A stretch of 64,000 nt of DNA from Eledone cirrhosa (lineage: Eukaryota). Both the position numbers and the translations under genes were made by a program. Location: assembly GCA_964016885.1 (NCBI GenBank), contig OZ024744.1, positions 16,492,001 to 16,556,000 on the forward strand. Direction: 5' to 3'. Shown here piece by piece: positions 25,941 to 40,800 of the stretch (its first letter is position 1; each line of letters begins with the position of its first letter). Under the pieces are notes generated by a model that saw only the letters and a list, made by a program, of their open reading frames with translations, was not told the origin of the DNA and searched no databases.

Positions 25941-28900
25941 ACTGTTCACCTGAAGAACGAGTCCTGTGTTTACTGTAGTACTGTGTAAAGTGTACTGTTC
26001 ACCTGAAGAATGTGTCCTGTGTTTACTCTAGTACTGTGTAAAGTGTAATGTTTACCTGAAGAATGTGTCCTGTGTTTACTGTAGTACTGTGTAAAGTGTA
26101 CTGTTCACCTGAAGAATGTGTCCTGTGTTTACTGTAGTACTGTGTAAAGTGTACTGTTCAGCTGAGGAATGTGTCCTGTGTTTACTTAAGTACTGTGTAA
26201 AGTGTACTGTTCTCCTGAAGAATGTGTCCTGTGTTTACTGTAGTACTGTGTAAAATGTACTGTTCACCTGAAGAATATATCGTGTGTTTACTGTAGTACT
26301 GTGTAAATTGTAATGTACACGTGAAGAATGTGTTCTGTGTTGACTGTAGTACTGTGTAAAGTGTACTGTTCAGCTGAGGAATGTTTGCTGCGTTTACTTT
26401 AGTACTGTGTAAAGTATACTGTTCACCTGAAGAATGTGTCCTGTGATTACTGTAGTACTGTGTAAAGTGTACTGTTCACCTGAAGAATGTGTCCGGTGTT
26501 TACTGTAGTACTGTGTAAAGTGTACTGTTCAGCTGAAGAATGTGTCCTGTGTTTACTGTAGTACTGTGTAAAGTGTACTGTTCACCTGACGAATGTGTCC
26601 TGTGTTTACTGTAGTACTGTGTAAAGTGTACTGTTCACCTGAAGAATGTGTCCTGTGTTTACTGTAGTACTGTGCAAAGTGTACTGTTCAGCTGAAGAAT
26701 GTGTCCTGTGTTTATTGTAGTACTGTGTAAAGTGTACTGTTTACCTGAAGAATGTGTCCTGTGTTTACTGTAGTAATGTGTAAAGTGTGCTGTTCAGCTG
26801 AAGAATGTGTCCTGTGTTTACTGTAGTAATGTGTAAAGTGTACTGTTCACCTGAAGAATATGTCCCGTGTTTACTGTAGTAATGTGTAAAGTGTACTCTT
26901 CACCTGAAGAATGTGTCCTGTGTTTACTGTAGTACTGTGTAAAGTATAATGCACAGCTGAAGAAAGTGTCCTGGGTTTACTGTAAGTTTGTGTAAAGTGT
27001 ACTGTTCACCTGAAGAATGTGTACTGTGTTTACTGTAGTACTGTGTAAAGTGTACTCTTCACCTGAAGAATGTGTCCTGTGTTTACAGTTTTACGCTGGT
27101 ACTGTGTAAAGCGTACTGTTCACCTGACGAATGTGTGCTGTGTTTATTGTAGTACTGTGTAAAGTGTACTGTTCACCTGAAGAATATGTCCTCTGTTTAA
27201 CATAGTAATGTGTAAAGTGTACTGTTCACCTACAGAATGTGTCCTGTGTTTACTGTGGTACTGTCTAAAGCGTACTGTTCAGCTGAAGAATGTGTCCTGT
27301 GTTTACTGTAGTACTGTGTACAGTCTACTGTTCAGTTGAAGAATGTGTCCTGTGTTTACTGCAGTACTGTGTAACGTGTACTGTTCACCTGAAGAATGTG
27401 TCCTGTGTTTACTGTAGTACTGTTTAAAGTGTACTGTTCAGCTGAAGAATGTGTCCCGTGTTTACTGTAGTACTGTGTAAAGTGTACTGTTCAGCTGAGG
27501 AATGTGTCCTGTGTTTACTGTAGTACTGTGTAAAGTGTACTGTTCAGCTGAGGAATGTGTCCTCTGTTTACTGTGGTACTGTGTAAAGTGTACTGTTCAC
27601 CTGAAGAATGTGTTCTGAGTTTACTGTAGTACTGTGTAAAGTGTACTGTTCACGTGAAGAATGTGTCCTGTGTTGACTGCAGTACTGTGTAAAGTGTACT
27701 GTTCACCTGAAGAATGTGTCCTGTGTTTACTTAAGTACTGTGTAAAGTGTACTGTTCTCCTGAAGAATGTGTCCTGTGTTTACTGTAGTACTGTGTAAAG
27801 TATAATGCACAGCTGAAGAAATTGTCCTGTGTTTACTGTAGGACTATGTAAAGTGTACTGTTCACCTGAAGAATGTGTACTGTGTTTACTGTAGTAATGT
27901 GTAAAGTGTGCTGTTTACCTGAAGAATGTGTCCTGTGTTTACTGTAGTACTGTGTAAAGTGTACTGTTCACATGAAGAATGTGTCCTGTGTTTATTGTAG
28001 TACTGTGTAAAATGTAGTGTTCAGCTGAAGAATGTGTCCTGTATTTAATGTAGGACTGTGTAAATTGCACTGTTCACCTGAAGAACGAGTCCTGTGTTTA
28101 CTGTAGTACTGTGTAAAGTGTACTGTTCACCTGAAGAATGTGTCCTGTTTTTACTCTAGTACTGTGTAAAGTGTAATGTTTACCTGAAGAATGTGTCCTG
28201 TGTTTACTGTAGTACTGTGTAAAGTGTACTGTTCACCTGAAGAATGTGTCCTGTGTTTACTGTAGTACTGTGTAAAGTGTACTGTTCAGCTGAGGAATGT
28301 GTCCTGTGTTTACTTAAGTACTGTGTAAAGTGTACTGTTCTCCTGAAGAATGTGTCCTGTGTTTACTGTAGTACTGTGTAAAATGTACTGTTCACCTGAA
28401 GAATATATCGTGTGTTTACTGTAGTACTGTGTAAATTGTACTGTACACGTGAAGAATGTGTTCTGTGTTGACTGTAGTACTGTGTAAAGTGTACTGTTCA
28501 GCTGAGGAATGTTTGCTGCGTTTACTTTAGTACTGTGTAAAGTATACTGTTCACCTGAAGAATGTGTCCTGTGATTACTGTAGTACTGTGTAAAGTGTAC
28601 TGTTCACCTGAAGAATGTGTCCGGTGTTTACTGTAGTACTGTGTAAAGTGTACTGTTCAGCTGAAGAATGTGTCCTGTGTTTACTGTAGTACTGTGTAAA
28701 GTGTACTGTTCACCTGACGAATGTGTCCTGTGTTTACTGTAGTACTGTGTAAAGTGTACTGTTCACCTGAAGAATGTGTCCTGTGTTTACTGTAGTACTG
28801 TGCAAAGTGTACTGTTCAGCTGAAGAATGTGTCCTGTGTTTATTGTAGTACTGTGTAAAGTGTACTGTTTACCTGAAGAATGTGTCCTGTGTTTACTGTA

Positions 28901-30128
28901 GTAATGTGTAAAGTGTGCTGTTCAGCTGAAGAATGTGTCCTGTGTTTACTGTAGTAATGTGTAAAGTGTACTGTTCACCTGAAGAATATGTCCCGTGTTT
29001 ACTGTAGTAATGTGTAAAGTGTACTCTTCACCTGAAGAATGTGTCCTGTGTTTACTGTAGTACTGTGTAAAGTATAATGCACAGCTGAAGAAAGTGTCCT
29101 GGGTTTACTGTAAGTCTGTGTAAAGTGTACTGTTCACCTGAAGAATGTGTACTGTGTTTACTGTAGTACTGTGTAAAGTGTACTCTTCACCTGAAGAATG
29201 TGTCCTGTGTTTACAGTTTTACGCTGGTACTGTGTAAAGCGTACTGTTCACCTGACGAATGTGTGCTGTGTTTATTGTAGTACTGTGTAAAGTGTACTGT
29301 TCACCTGAAGAATATGTCCTCTGTTTAACATAGTAATGTGTAAAGTGTACTGTTCACCTACAGAATGTGTCCTGTGTTTACTGTGGTACTGTCTAAAGCG
29401 TACTGTTCAGCTGAAGAATGTGTCCTGTGTTTACTGTAGTACTGTGTACAGTCTACTGTTCAGTTGAAGAATGTGTCCTGTGTTTACTGCAGTACTGTGT
29501 AACGTGTACTGTTCACCTGAAGAATGTGTCCTGTGTTTACTGTAGTACTGTGTAAAGTGTACTGTTCACCTGAAGAATGTGTCCTGTGTTTACTGTAGTA
29601 CTGTGCAAAGTGTACTGTTCAGCTGAAGAATGTGTCCCGTGTTTACTGTAGTACTGTGTAAAGTGTACTGTTCAGCTGAGGAATGTGTCCTGTGTTTACT
29701 GTAGTACTGTGTAAAGTGTACTGTTCAGCTGAGGAATGTGTCCTCTGTTTACTGTGGTACTGTGTAAAGTGTACTGTTCACCTGAAGAATGTGTTCTGTG
29801 TTTACTGTAGTACTGTGTAAAGTGTACTGTTCACGTGAAGAATGTGTCCTGTGTTGACTGCAGTACTGTGTAAAGTGTACTGTTCACCTGAAGAATGTGT
29901 CCTGTGTTTACTTAAGTACTGTGTAAAGTGTACTGTTCTCCTGAAGAATGTGTCCTGTGTTTACTGTAGTACTGTGTAAAGTATAATGCACAGCTGAAGA
30001 AATTGTCCTGTGTTTACTGTAGGACTATGTAAAGTGTACTGTTCACCTGAAGAATGTGTACTGTGTTTACTGTAGTAATGTGTAAAGTGTGCTGTTTACC
30101 TGAAGAATGTGTCCTGTGTTTACTGTAG
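25941..30128 (+). repeat. 2,128-bp (40-monomer) near-tandem duplication
   Basis: Private variants are shared at +2,128: GTTTGCTGCG, GTCCGGTG (26491/28619), TGTGCAAAG, CTGGGTTTACTGTAAG, and markers 27088/29216. The second copy gains one monomer near 29.55 kb. Boundaries are approximate. Confidence 0.8.
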
Positions 30129-33100
30129 TAATGTGTAAAGTGTACTGTTCACCTGAAGAATATGTCCCGTGTTTACTGTATTACTGTGTAAAGTGTACTC
30201 TTCACCTGAAGAATGTGTCCTGTGTTTACTGTAGTACTGTGTAAAGTATAATGCACAGCTGAAGAAAGTGTCCTGTGTTTACTGTAGGACTGTGTAAAGT
30301 GTACTGTTCACCTGAAGAATGTGTACTGTGTTTACTGTAGTACTGTGTAAAGTGTACTCTTCACCTGAAGAATGTGTCCTGTGTTTACTGTTTTACGCTG
30401 GTACTGTGTAAAGCGTAGTGTTCACCTGACGAATGTGTGCTGTGTTTACTGTAGAACTGTGTAAAGTGTACTGTTCAGCTGAGGAATGTGTCCTGTGTTT
30501 ACTGTAGTAGTGTGTAAAGTGTACTGTTCAACTGACGAATGTGTCCTGTGTTTACTGTAGTACTGTGTAAGATGTACTGTTCAGCTAACTAATGGTTCCT
30601 GTGTTTACTGTAGTACCGTGTAAAATGTACTCTTCACCTGAAGAATGTGTCCTGTGTTTACTATCGTACTGTGTAAAGTGTACTCTTCACCTGAAGAATG
30701 TGTCCTGTGTTTGCTGCAGTACTGTGTAAAGTGTACCGTTCAGCTGAAGAATGTGTCAAGTGTTTACTGTAGCACTGTGTAAAGTATACTGTTCACCTGA
30801 AGAATGTGTCCTGTGTTTACTGTAGTAATGTGTAAAGTGTACTGTTCACCTGACGAATGTGTCCTGTGTTTACTGTAGTAATGCGTAAAGTGTACTGTTC
30901 ACCTGAAGAATGTGTCCTGTGTTTACTGTAGTACTGTGTAAAGTGTACTGTTCACATGAAGAATGTGTCCTGTTTTTATTGTAGTAAGGTGTAAAATGTA
31001 GTGTTCAGCTGAAGAATGTGTTCTGTGTTTAATGTAGGACTGTGTAAATTGTACTGTGCACCTGAAAAATGTGTCCTGTGTTTACTGTAGTACTGTGTAA
31101 AGTGTACAGTTCACCTTAAGAAAGTGTCCCATGTTTACTGTAGTACTGTGTAAAGTGTACTGTTCACCTGAAGAACGAGTTCTGTGTTTACTGTAGTACT
31201 GTGTAAAGTGTACTGTTCACCTGAAGAATGTGTCCTGTGTTTACTCTAGTACTGTGTAAAGTGTAATGTTTACCTGAAGAATGTGTCCTGTGTTTACTGC
31301 AGTACTGTGTAAAGTGTACTGTTCACCTGAAGAATATGTCCCGTGTTTTCTGTAGTACTGTGTAAAGTGTACTGTTCACCTGAAGAATGTGTCCTGTGTT
31401 TACTGTAGTACTGTGTAAAGTGTACTGTTTAGCTGAAGAATGTGTCCAGTGTTTACTGTAGTACTGTGTAATGTGTACTGTTCACCTGACGAAAATGTCC
31501 TGTGTTTACTGTAGTACTGTGTAAAGTGTACTTTTCAGCTGATGAATGTGTCCTGTGTTTACTGTAGTAGTGTGTAAATTGTACTGTTCACCTGAAGCAT
31601 GTGTCCTGTGTTTACTGTAGTACTGTGTAAAGTGTACTGTTCAGCTGAGGAATGTGTCCTGTGTTTATTGTAGTACTGTGTTTAGTGTAATTTTCACCTG
31701 AAGAAAGTGTCCTGTGTTTACTCTAGTACTGTGTACGGTGTACTGTTCAGCTGAGGAATGTGTTCTGTGTTTACTGTAGTACTGTGTATAGTGTACTGAT
31801 CACTTGAAGAATGTGTCCTGTGTTTACTGTAGTACTGTTTAAAGTGTACTGTTCACCTGAAGAATGTGTCCTGTGTTTACTGTAGTACTGTGTACAGTGT
31901 ACAGTTCACCTGGGGAATGTGTCCTGTGTTTACTGTAGTACTGTGTACAGTGTACTGTTCAGCTGAAGAATGTGTCCTGTGTTTACTGTAGTACTGTGTA
32001 AAGTGTACTGTTCACCTGACGAATGTGTCCTGTGTTTACTGTAGTACTGTGTAAAGTGTACTGTTCACCTGAAGAATGTTTCCTGTGTTTACTGTAGTAC
32101 TGTGTAAAGTGTACTTTTCAGCTGAAGAATGTGTCCTGTGTTTACTGTTGTACTGTGTAATGTGTGCTGTTCAGCTGAAGAATGTGTCCTGTGTTTACTG
32201 TAGTAATGTGTAAAGTGTACTGTTCACCTGAAGAATATGTCCCGTGTTTACTGTAGTACTGTGTAAAGTGTACTCTTCACCTGAAGAATGTGTCCTGTGT
32301 TTACTGTAGTACTGTGTAAAGTATAATGCACAGCTGAAGAAAGTGTCCTGTGTTTATTGTAGGACTGTGTAAAGTGTACTGTTCACCTGAAGAATGTGTA
32401 CTGTGTTTACTGTAGTACTGTGTAAAGTGTACTCTTCACCTGAAGAATGTGTCCTGTGTTTACTGTTTTACGCTGGTACTGTGTAAAGCGTACTGTTCAC
32501 CTGACGAACGTGTCCTGTGTTTACTGTAGAACTGTGTAAAGTGTACTGTTCAGCTGAGGAATGTGTCCTGTGTTTACTGTAGTAGTGTGTAAAGTGTACT
32601 GTTCACCTGACGAATGTGTCCTGTGTTTACTATAGTACTGTGTAAGATGTACTGTTCAGCTAACTAATGGTTCCTGTGTTTACTGTAGTACCGTGTAAAA
32701 TGTACTCTTCACCTGAAGAATGTGCCCTGTGTTTACTATCGTACTGTGTAAAGTGTACTCTTCACCTGAAGAATGTGTCCAGTGTTTGCTGCAGTACTGT
32801 GTAAAGTGTACCGTTCATCTGAAGAATGTGTCCTGTGTTTACTGTAGTACTGTGTAAAGTATAATGCACAGCTGAAGAAATTGTCCTGTGTTTACTGTAG
32901 GACTGTGTAAAGTGTACTGTTCACCTGAAGAATGTGTACTGTGTTTACTGTAGTACTTTGTAAAGTGTACTCTTCACCTGAAGAATGTGTCCTGTGTTTA
33001 CAGTTTTACGCTGGTACTGTGTAAAGCGTACTGTTCACCTGACGAATGTGTGCTGTGTTTATTGTAGTACTGTGTAAAGTGTACTGTTCACCTGAAGAAT

Positions 33101-36100
33101 ATGTCCTCTGTTTTACATAGTAATGTGTAAAGTGTACTGTTCACCTACAGAATGTGTCCTGTGTTTACTGTGGTACTGTCTAAAGCGTACTGTTCAGCTG
33201 AAGAATGTGTCCTGTGTTTACTGTAGTACTGTGTACAGTCTACTGTTCAGTTGAAGAATGTGTCCTGTGTTTACTGCAGTACTGTGTAACGTGTACTGTT
33301 CACCTGAAGAATGTGTCCTGTGTTTACTGTAGTACTGTTTAAAGTGTACTGTTCAGCTGAAGAATGTGTCCCGTGTTTACTGTAGTACTGTGTAAAGTGT
33401 ACTGTTCAGCTGAGGAATGTGTCCTGTGTTTACTGTAGTACTGTGTAAAGTGTACTGTTCAGCTGAGGAATGTGTCCTCTGTTTACTGTGGTACTGTGTA
33501 AAGTGTACTGTTCACCTGAAGAATGTGTTCTGTGTTTACTGTAGTACTGTGTAAAGTGTACTGTTCACGTGAAGAATGTGTCCTGTGTTGACTGCAGTAC
33601 TGTGTAAAGTGTACTGTTCACCTGAAGAATGTGTCCTGTGTTTACTTAAGTACTGTGTAAAGTGTACTGTTCTCCTGAATAATGTGTCCTGTGTTTACTG
33701 TAGTACTGTGTAAAGTATAATGCACAGCTGAAGAAATTGTCCTGTGTTTACTGTAGGACTATGTAAAGTGTACTGTTCACCTGAAGAATGTGTACTGTGT
33801 TTACTGTAGTAATGTGTAAAGTGTGCTGTTTACCTGAAGAATGTGTCCTGTGTTTACTGTAGTAATGTGTAAAGTGTACTGTTCACCTGAAGAATATGTC
33901 CCGTGTTTACTGTAGTACTGTGTAAAGTGTACTCTTCACCTGAAGAATGTGTCCTGTGTTTACTGTAGTACTGTGTAAAGTATAATGCACAGCTGAAGAA
34001 AGTGTCCTATGTTTACTGTAGGACTGTGTAAAGTGTACTGTTCACCTGAAGAATGTGTACTGTGTTTACTGTAGTACTGCGTAAAGTGTACTCTTCACCT
34101 GAAGAATGTGTCCTGTGTTTACTGTTTTACGCTGGTACTGTGTAAAGCGTAGTGTTCACCTGACGAATGTGTGCTGTGTTTACTGTAGAACTGTGTAAAG
34201 TGTACTGTTCAGCTGAGGAATGTGTCCTGTGTTTACTGTAGTAGTGTGTAAAGTGTACTGTTCAACTGACGAATGTGTCCTGTGTTTACTGTAGTACTGT
34301 GTAAGATGTACTGTTCAGCTAACTAATGGTTCCTGTGTTTACTGTAGTACCGTGTAAAATGTACTCTTCACCTGAAGAATGTGTCCTGTGTTTACTATCG
34401 TACTGTGTGAAGTGTACTCTTCACCTGAAGAATGTGTCCTGTGTTTGCTGCAGTACTGTGTAAAGTGTACCGTTCAGCTGAAGAATGTGTCCTGTGTTTA
34501 CTGTAGCACTGTGTAAAGTATACTGTTCACCTGAAGAATGTGTCCTGTGTTTACTGTAGTAATGTGTAAAGTGTACTGTTCACCTGACGAATGTGTCCTG
34601 TGTTTACTGTAGTAATGCGTAAAGTGTACTGTTCACCTGAAGAATGTGTCCTGTGTTTACTGTAGTACTGTGTAAAGTGTACTGTTCACATGAAGAATGT
34701 GTCCTGTTTTTATTGTAGTAAGGTGTAAAATGTAGTGTTCAGCTGAAGAATGTGTTCTGTGTTTAATGTAGGACTGTGTAAATTGTACTGTTCACCTGAA
34801 AAATGTGTCCTGTGTTTACTGTAGTACTGTGTAAAGTGTACAGTTCACCTTAAGAAAGTGTCCCATGTTTACTGTAGTACTGTGTAAAGTGTACTGTTCA
34901 CCTGAAGAACGAGTCCTGTGTTTACTGTAGTACTGTGTAAAGTGTACTGTTCACCTGAAGAATGTGTCCTGTGTTTACTGCAGTACTGTGTAAAGTGTAC
35001 TGTTCACCTGAAGAATATGTCCCGTGTTTTCTGTAGTACTGTGTAAAGTGTACTGTTCACCTGAAGAATGTGTCCTGTGTTTACTGTAGTACTGTGTAAA
35101 GTGTACTGTTTAGCTGAAGAATGTGTCCAGTGTTTACTGTAGTACTGTGTAAAGTGTACTGTTCACCTGACGAAAATGTCCTGTGTTTACTGTAGTACTG
35201 TGTAAAGTGTACTGTTCAGCTGATGAATGTGTCCTGTGTTTACTGTAGTAGTGTGTAAATTGTACTGTTCACCTGAAGCATGTGTCCTGTGTTTACTGTA
35301 GTACTGTGTAAAGTGTACTGTTCAGCTGAGGAATGTGTCCTGTGTTTATTGTAGTACTGTGTTTAGTGTAATTTTCACCTGAAGAAAGTGTCCTGTGTTT
35401 ACTGTAGTACTGTGTACAGTGTACTGTTCAGCTGTGGAATGTGTTCTGTGTTTACTGTAGTACTGTGTATAGTGTACTGATCACTTGAAGAATGTGTCCT
35501 GTGTTTACTGTAGTACTGTGTAAAGTATAATGCACAGCTGAAGAAAGTGTCCTGTGTTTATTGTAGGACTGTGTAAAGTGTACTGTTCACCTGAAGAATG
35601 TGTACTGTGTTTACTGTAGTACTGTGTAAAGTGTACTCTTCACCTGAAGAATGTGTCCTGTGTTTACTGTTTTACGCTGGTACTGTGTAAAGCGTACTGT
35701 TCACCTGACGAACGTGTCCTGTGTTTTCTGTAGAACTGTGTAAAGTGTACTTTTCAGCTGAGGAATGTGTCCTGTGTTTACTGTAGTAGTGTGTAAAGTG
35801 TACTGTTCACCTGACGAATGTGTCCTGTGTTTACTATAGTACTGTGTAAGATGTACTGTTCAGCTAACTAATGGTTCCTGTGTTTACTGTAGTACCGTGT
35901 AAAATGTACTCTTCACCTGAAGAATGTGTCCTGTGTTTACTATCGTACTGTGTAAAGTGTACTCTTCACCTGAAGAATGTGTCCAGTGTTTGCTGCAGTA
36001 CTGTGTAAAGTGTACCGTTCATCTGAAGAATGTGTCCTGTGTTTACTGTAGTACTGTGTAAAGTATAATGCACAGCTGAAGAAATTGTCCTGTGTTTACT

Positions 36101-37896
36101 GTAGGACTATGTAAAGTGTACTGTTCACCTGAAGAATGTGTACTGTGTTTACTGTAGTAATGTGTAAAGTGTGCTGTTTACCTGAAGAATGTGTCCTGTG
36201 TTTACTGTAGTAATGTGTAAAGTGTACTGTTCACCTGATGAATATGTCCCGTGTTTACTGTAGTACTGTGTAAAGTGTACTCTTCACCTGAAGAATGTGT
36301 CCTGTGTTTACTGTAGTACTGTGTAAAGTATAATGCACAGCTGAAGAAAGTGTCCTGTGTTTACTGTAGGACTGTGTAAAGTGTACTGTTCACCTGAAGA
36401 ATGTGTACTGTGTTTACTGTAGTACTGTGTAAAGTGTACTCTTCACATGAAGAATGTGTCCTGTGTTTACTGTTTTACGCTGGTACTGTGTAAAGCGTAG
36501 TGTTCACCTGACGAATGTGTGCTGTGTTTACTGTAGAACTGTGTAAAGTGTACTGTTCAGCTGAGGAATGTGTCCTGTGTTTACTGTAGTAGTGTGTAAA
36601 GTGTACTGTTCAACTGACGAATGTGTCCTGTGTTTACTGTAGTACTGTGTAAGATGTACTGTTCAGCTAACTAATGGTTCCTGTGTTTACTGTAGTACCG
36701 TGTAAAATGTACTCTTCACCTGAAGAATGTGTCCTGTGTTTACTATCGTACTGTGTAAAGTGTACCGTTCAGCTGAAGGATGTGTCCTGTGTTTACTGTA
36801 GCACTGTGTAAAGTATACTGTTCACCTGAAGAATGTGTCCTGTGTTTACTGTAGTAATGTGTAAAGTGTACTGTTCACCTGACGAATGTGTCCTGTGTTT
36901 ACTGTAGTAATGCGTAAAGTGTACTGTTCACATGAAGAATGTGTCCTGTTTTTATTGTAGTAAGGTGCAAAATGTAGTGTTCAGCTGAAGAATGTGTTCT
37001 GTGTTTAATGTAGGACTGTGTAAATTGTACTGTTCACCTGAAAAATGTGTCCTGTGTTTACTGTAGTACTGTGTAAAGTGTACAGTTCACCTTAAGAAAG
37101 TGTCCCATGTTTACTGTAGTACTGTGTAAAGTGTACTGTTCACCTGAAGAACGAGTCCTGTGTTTACTGTAGTACTGTGTAAAGTGTACTGTTCACCTGA
37201 AGAATGTGTCCTGTGTTTACTCTAGTACTGTGTAAAGTGTAATGTTTACCTGAAGAATGTGTCCTGTGTTTACTGTAGTACTGTGTAAAGTGTACTGTTC
37301 ACCTGAAGAATATGTCCCGTGTTTTCTGTAGTACTGTGTAAAGTGTACTGTTCACCTGAAGAATGTGTCCTGTGTTTACTGTAGTACTGTGTAAAGTGTA
37401 CTGTTTAGCTGAAGAATGTGTCCAGTGTTTACTGTAGTACTGTGTAAAGTGTACTGTTCACCTGACGAAAATGTCCTGTGTTTACTGTAGTACTGTGTAA
37501 AGTGTACTGTTCAGCTGATGAATGTGTCCTGTGTTTACTGTAGTAGTGTGTAAATTGTACTGTTCACCTGAAGCATGTGTCCTGTGTTTACTGTAGTACT
37601 GTGTAAAGTGTACTGTTCAGCTGAGGAATGTGTCCTGTGTTTATTGTAGTACTGTGTTTAGTGTAATTTTCACCTGAAGAAAGTGTCCTGTGTTTACTCT
37701 AGTACTGTGTAGGGTGTACTGTTCAGCTGAGGAATGTGTTCTGTGTTTACTGTAGTACTGTGTATAGTGTACTGATCACTTGAGGAATGTGTCCTGTGTT
37801 TACTGTAGTACTGTTTAAAGTGTACTGTTCACCTGAAGAATGTGTCCTGTGTTTACTGTAGTACTGTGTACAGTGTACAGTTCACCTGGGGAATGT

Positions 37897-40800
37897 GTCC
37901 TGTGTTTACTGTAGTACTGTGTACAGTGTACTGTTCAGCTGAAGAATGTGTCCTGTGTTTACTGTAGTACTGTGTAAAGTGTACTGTTCACCTGACGAAT
38001 GTGTCCTGTGTTTACTGTAGTACTGTGTAAAGTGTACTGTTCACCTGAAGAATGTGTCCTGTGTTTACTGTAGTACTGTGTAAAGTGTACTTTTCAGCTG
38101 AAGAATGTGTCCTGTGTTTACTGTTGTACTGTGTAAAGTGTACTCTTCACCTGAAGAATGTGTCCTGTGTTTACTGTAGTAATGTGTAAAGTGTGCTGTT
38201 CAGCTGAAGAATGTGTCCTGTGTTTACTGTAGTAATGTGTAAAGTGTACTATTCACCTGAAGAATATGTCCCGTGTTTACTGTAGTACTGTGTAAAGTGT
38301 ACTCTTCACCTGAAGAATGTGTCCTGTGTTTACTGTAGTACTGTGTAAAGTGTACTGTTCACATGAAGAATGTGTCCTGTGTTTATTGTAGTACTGTGTA
38401 AAATGTAGTGTTCAGCTGAAGAAAGTGTCCTGTGTTTATTGTAGGACTGTGTAAAGTGTACTGTTCACCTGAAGAATGTGTACTGTGTTTACTGTAGTAC
38501 TGTGTAAAGTGTACTCTTCACCTGAAGAATGTGTCCTGTGTTTACTGTTTTACGCTGGTACTGTGTAAAGCGTACTGTTCACCTGACGAACGTGTCCTGT
38601 GTTTACTGTAGAACTGTGTAAAGTGTACTGTTCAGCTGAGGAATGTGTCCTGTGTTTACTGTAGTAGTGTGTAAGATGTACTGTTCATCTAACTAATGGT
38701 TCCTGTGTTTACTGTAGTACCGTGTAAAATGTACTCTTCACCTGAAGAATGTGTCCTGTGTTTACTATCGTACTGTGTAAAGTGTACTCTTCACCTGAAG
38801 AATGTGTCCAGTGTTTGCTGCAGTACTGTGTAAAGTGTACCGTTCATCTGAAGAATGTGTCCTGTGTTTACTGTAGCACTGTGTAAACTATACTGTTCAC
38901 CTGAAGAATGTGTACTGTGTTTACTGTAGTAATGTGTAAAGTGTACTGTTCACCTGACGAATGTGTCCTGTGTTTACTGTAGTAATGCGTAAAGCGTACT
39001 GTTCACCTGAAGAATGTGTCCTGTGTTTACTGTAGTACTGTGTAAAGTGTACTGTTCACATGAAGAATGTGTCCTGTGTTTATTGTAGTACTGTGTAAAA
39101 TGTAGTGTTCAGCTGAAGAATGTGTCCTGTGTTTAATGTAGGACTGTGTAAATTGCACTGTTCACCTGAAGAACGAGTCCTGTGTTTACTGTAGTACTGT
39201 GTAAAGTGTACTGTTCACCTGAAGAATGTGTCCTGTGTTTACTCTAGTACTGTGTAAAGTGTAATGTTTACCTGAAGAATGTGTCCTGTGTTTACTGTAG
39301 TACTGTGTAAAGTGTACTTTTCACCTGAAGAATGTGTCCTGTGTTTACTGTAGTACTGTGTAAAGTGTACTGTTCAGCTGAGGAATGTGTCCTGTGTTTA
39401 CTTAAGTACTGTGTAAAGTGTACTGTTCTCCTGAAGAATGTGTCCTGTGTTTACTGTAGTACTGTGTAAAATGTACTGTTCACCAGAAGAATATATCGTG
39501 TGTTTACTGTAGTACTGTGTAAAGTGTACTGTTCACCTGACGAATGTGTCCTGTGTTTACTGTAGTACTGTGTAAAGTGTACTGTTCAGCTGAAGAATGT
39601 GTCCTGTGTTTACTGTAGTACTGTGTAAAGTGTACTGTTTACCTGAAGAATGTGTCCTGTGTTTACTGTAGTAATGTGTAAAGTGTGCTGTTCAGCTGAA
39701 GAATGTGTCCTGTGTTTACTGTAGTAATGTGTAAAGTGTACTGTTCACCTGAAGCATATGTCCCGTGTTTACTGTAGTACTGTGTAAAGTGTACTCTTCA
39801 CCCGAAGAATGTGTCCTGTGTTTACTGTAGTACTGTGTAAAGTATAATGCACAGCTGAAGAAAGTGTCCAGTGTTTACTGTAGGACTGTGTAAAGTGTAC
39901 TGTTCACCTGAAGAATGTGTACTGTGTTTACTGTAGTACTGTGTAAAGTGTACTCTTCACCTGAAGAATGTGTCCTGTGTTTACAGTTTTACGCTGGTAC
40001 TGTGTAAAGCGTACTGTTCACCTGACGAATGTGTGCTGTGTTTACTGTAGAACTGTGTAAAGTGTACTGTTCAGCTGAGGAATGTGTCCTGTGTTTACTG
40101 TAGTAGTGTGTAAAGTGTACTGTTCACCTGACGAATGTGTCCTGTGTTTACTGTAGTACTGTGTAAGATGTACTGTTCAGCTAACTAATGGCTCCTGTGT
40201 TTACTGTAGTACCGTGTAAAATGTACTCTTCACCTGAAGAATGTGTCCTGTGTTTACTATCGTACTGTGTAAAGTGTACTCTTCACCTGAAGAATGTGTC
40301 CGGTGTTTGCTGCAGTACTGTGTAAAGTGTACCGTTCAGCTGAAGAATGTGTCCTGTGTTTACTGTAGCACTGTGTAAAGTATACTGTTCACCTGAAGAA
40401 TGTGTCCTGTGTTTACTGTAGTAATGTGTAAAGTGTGCTGTTCAGATGAAGAATGTGTCCTGTGTTTACTGTAGTACTGTGTACAGTGTACTGTTCAGCT
40501 GAAGAATGTGTCCTGTGTTTACTGTAGTACTGTGTAAAGTGTACTGTTCACCTGACGAATGTGTCCTGTGTTTACTGTAGTACTGTGTAAAGTGTACTGT
40601 TCACCTGAAGAATGTGTCCTGTGTTTACTGTAGTACTGTGTAAAGTGTACTTTTCAGCTGAAGAATGTGTCCTGTGTTTACTGTTGTACTGTGTAAAGTG
40701 TACTGTTCACCTGAAGAATGTGTCCTGTGTTTACTCTAGTAATGTGTAAAGTGTGCTGTTCAGCTGAAGAATGTGTCCTGTGTTTACTGTAGTAATGTGT

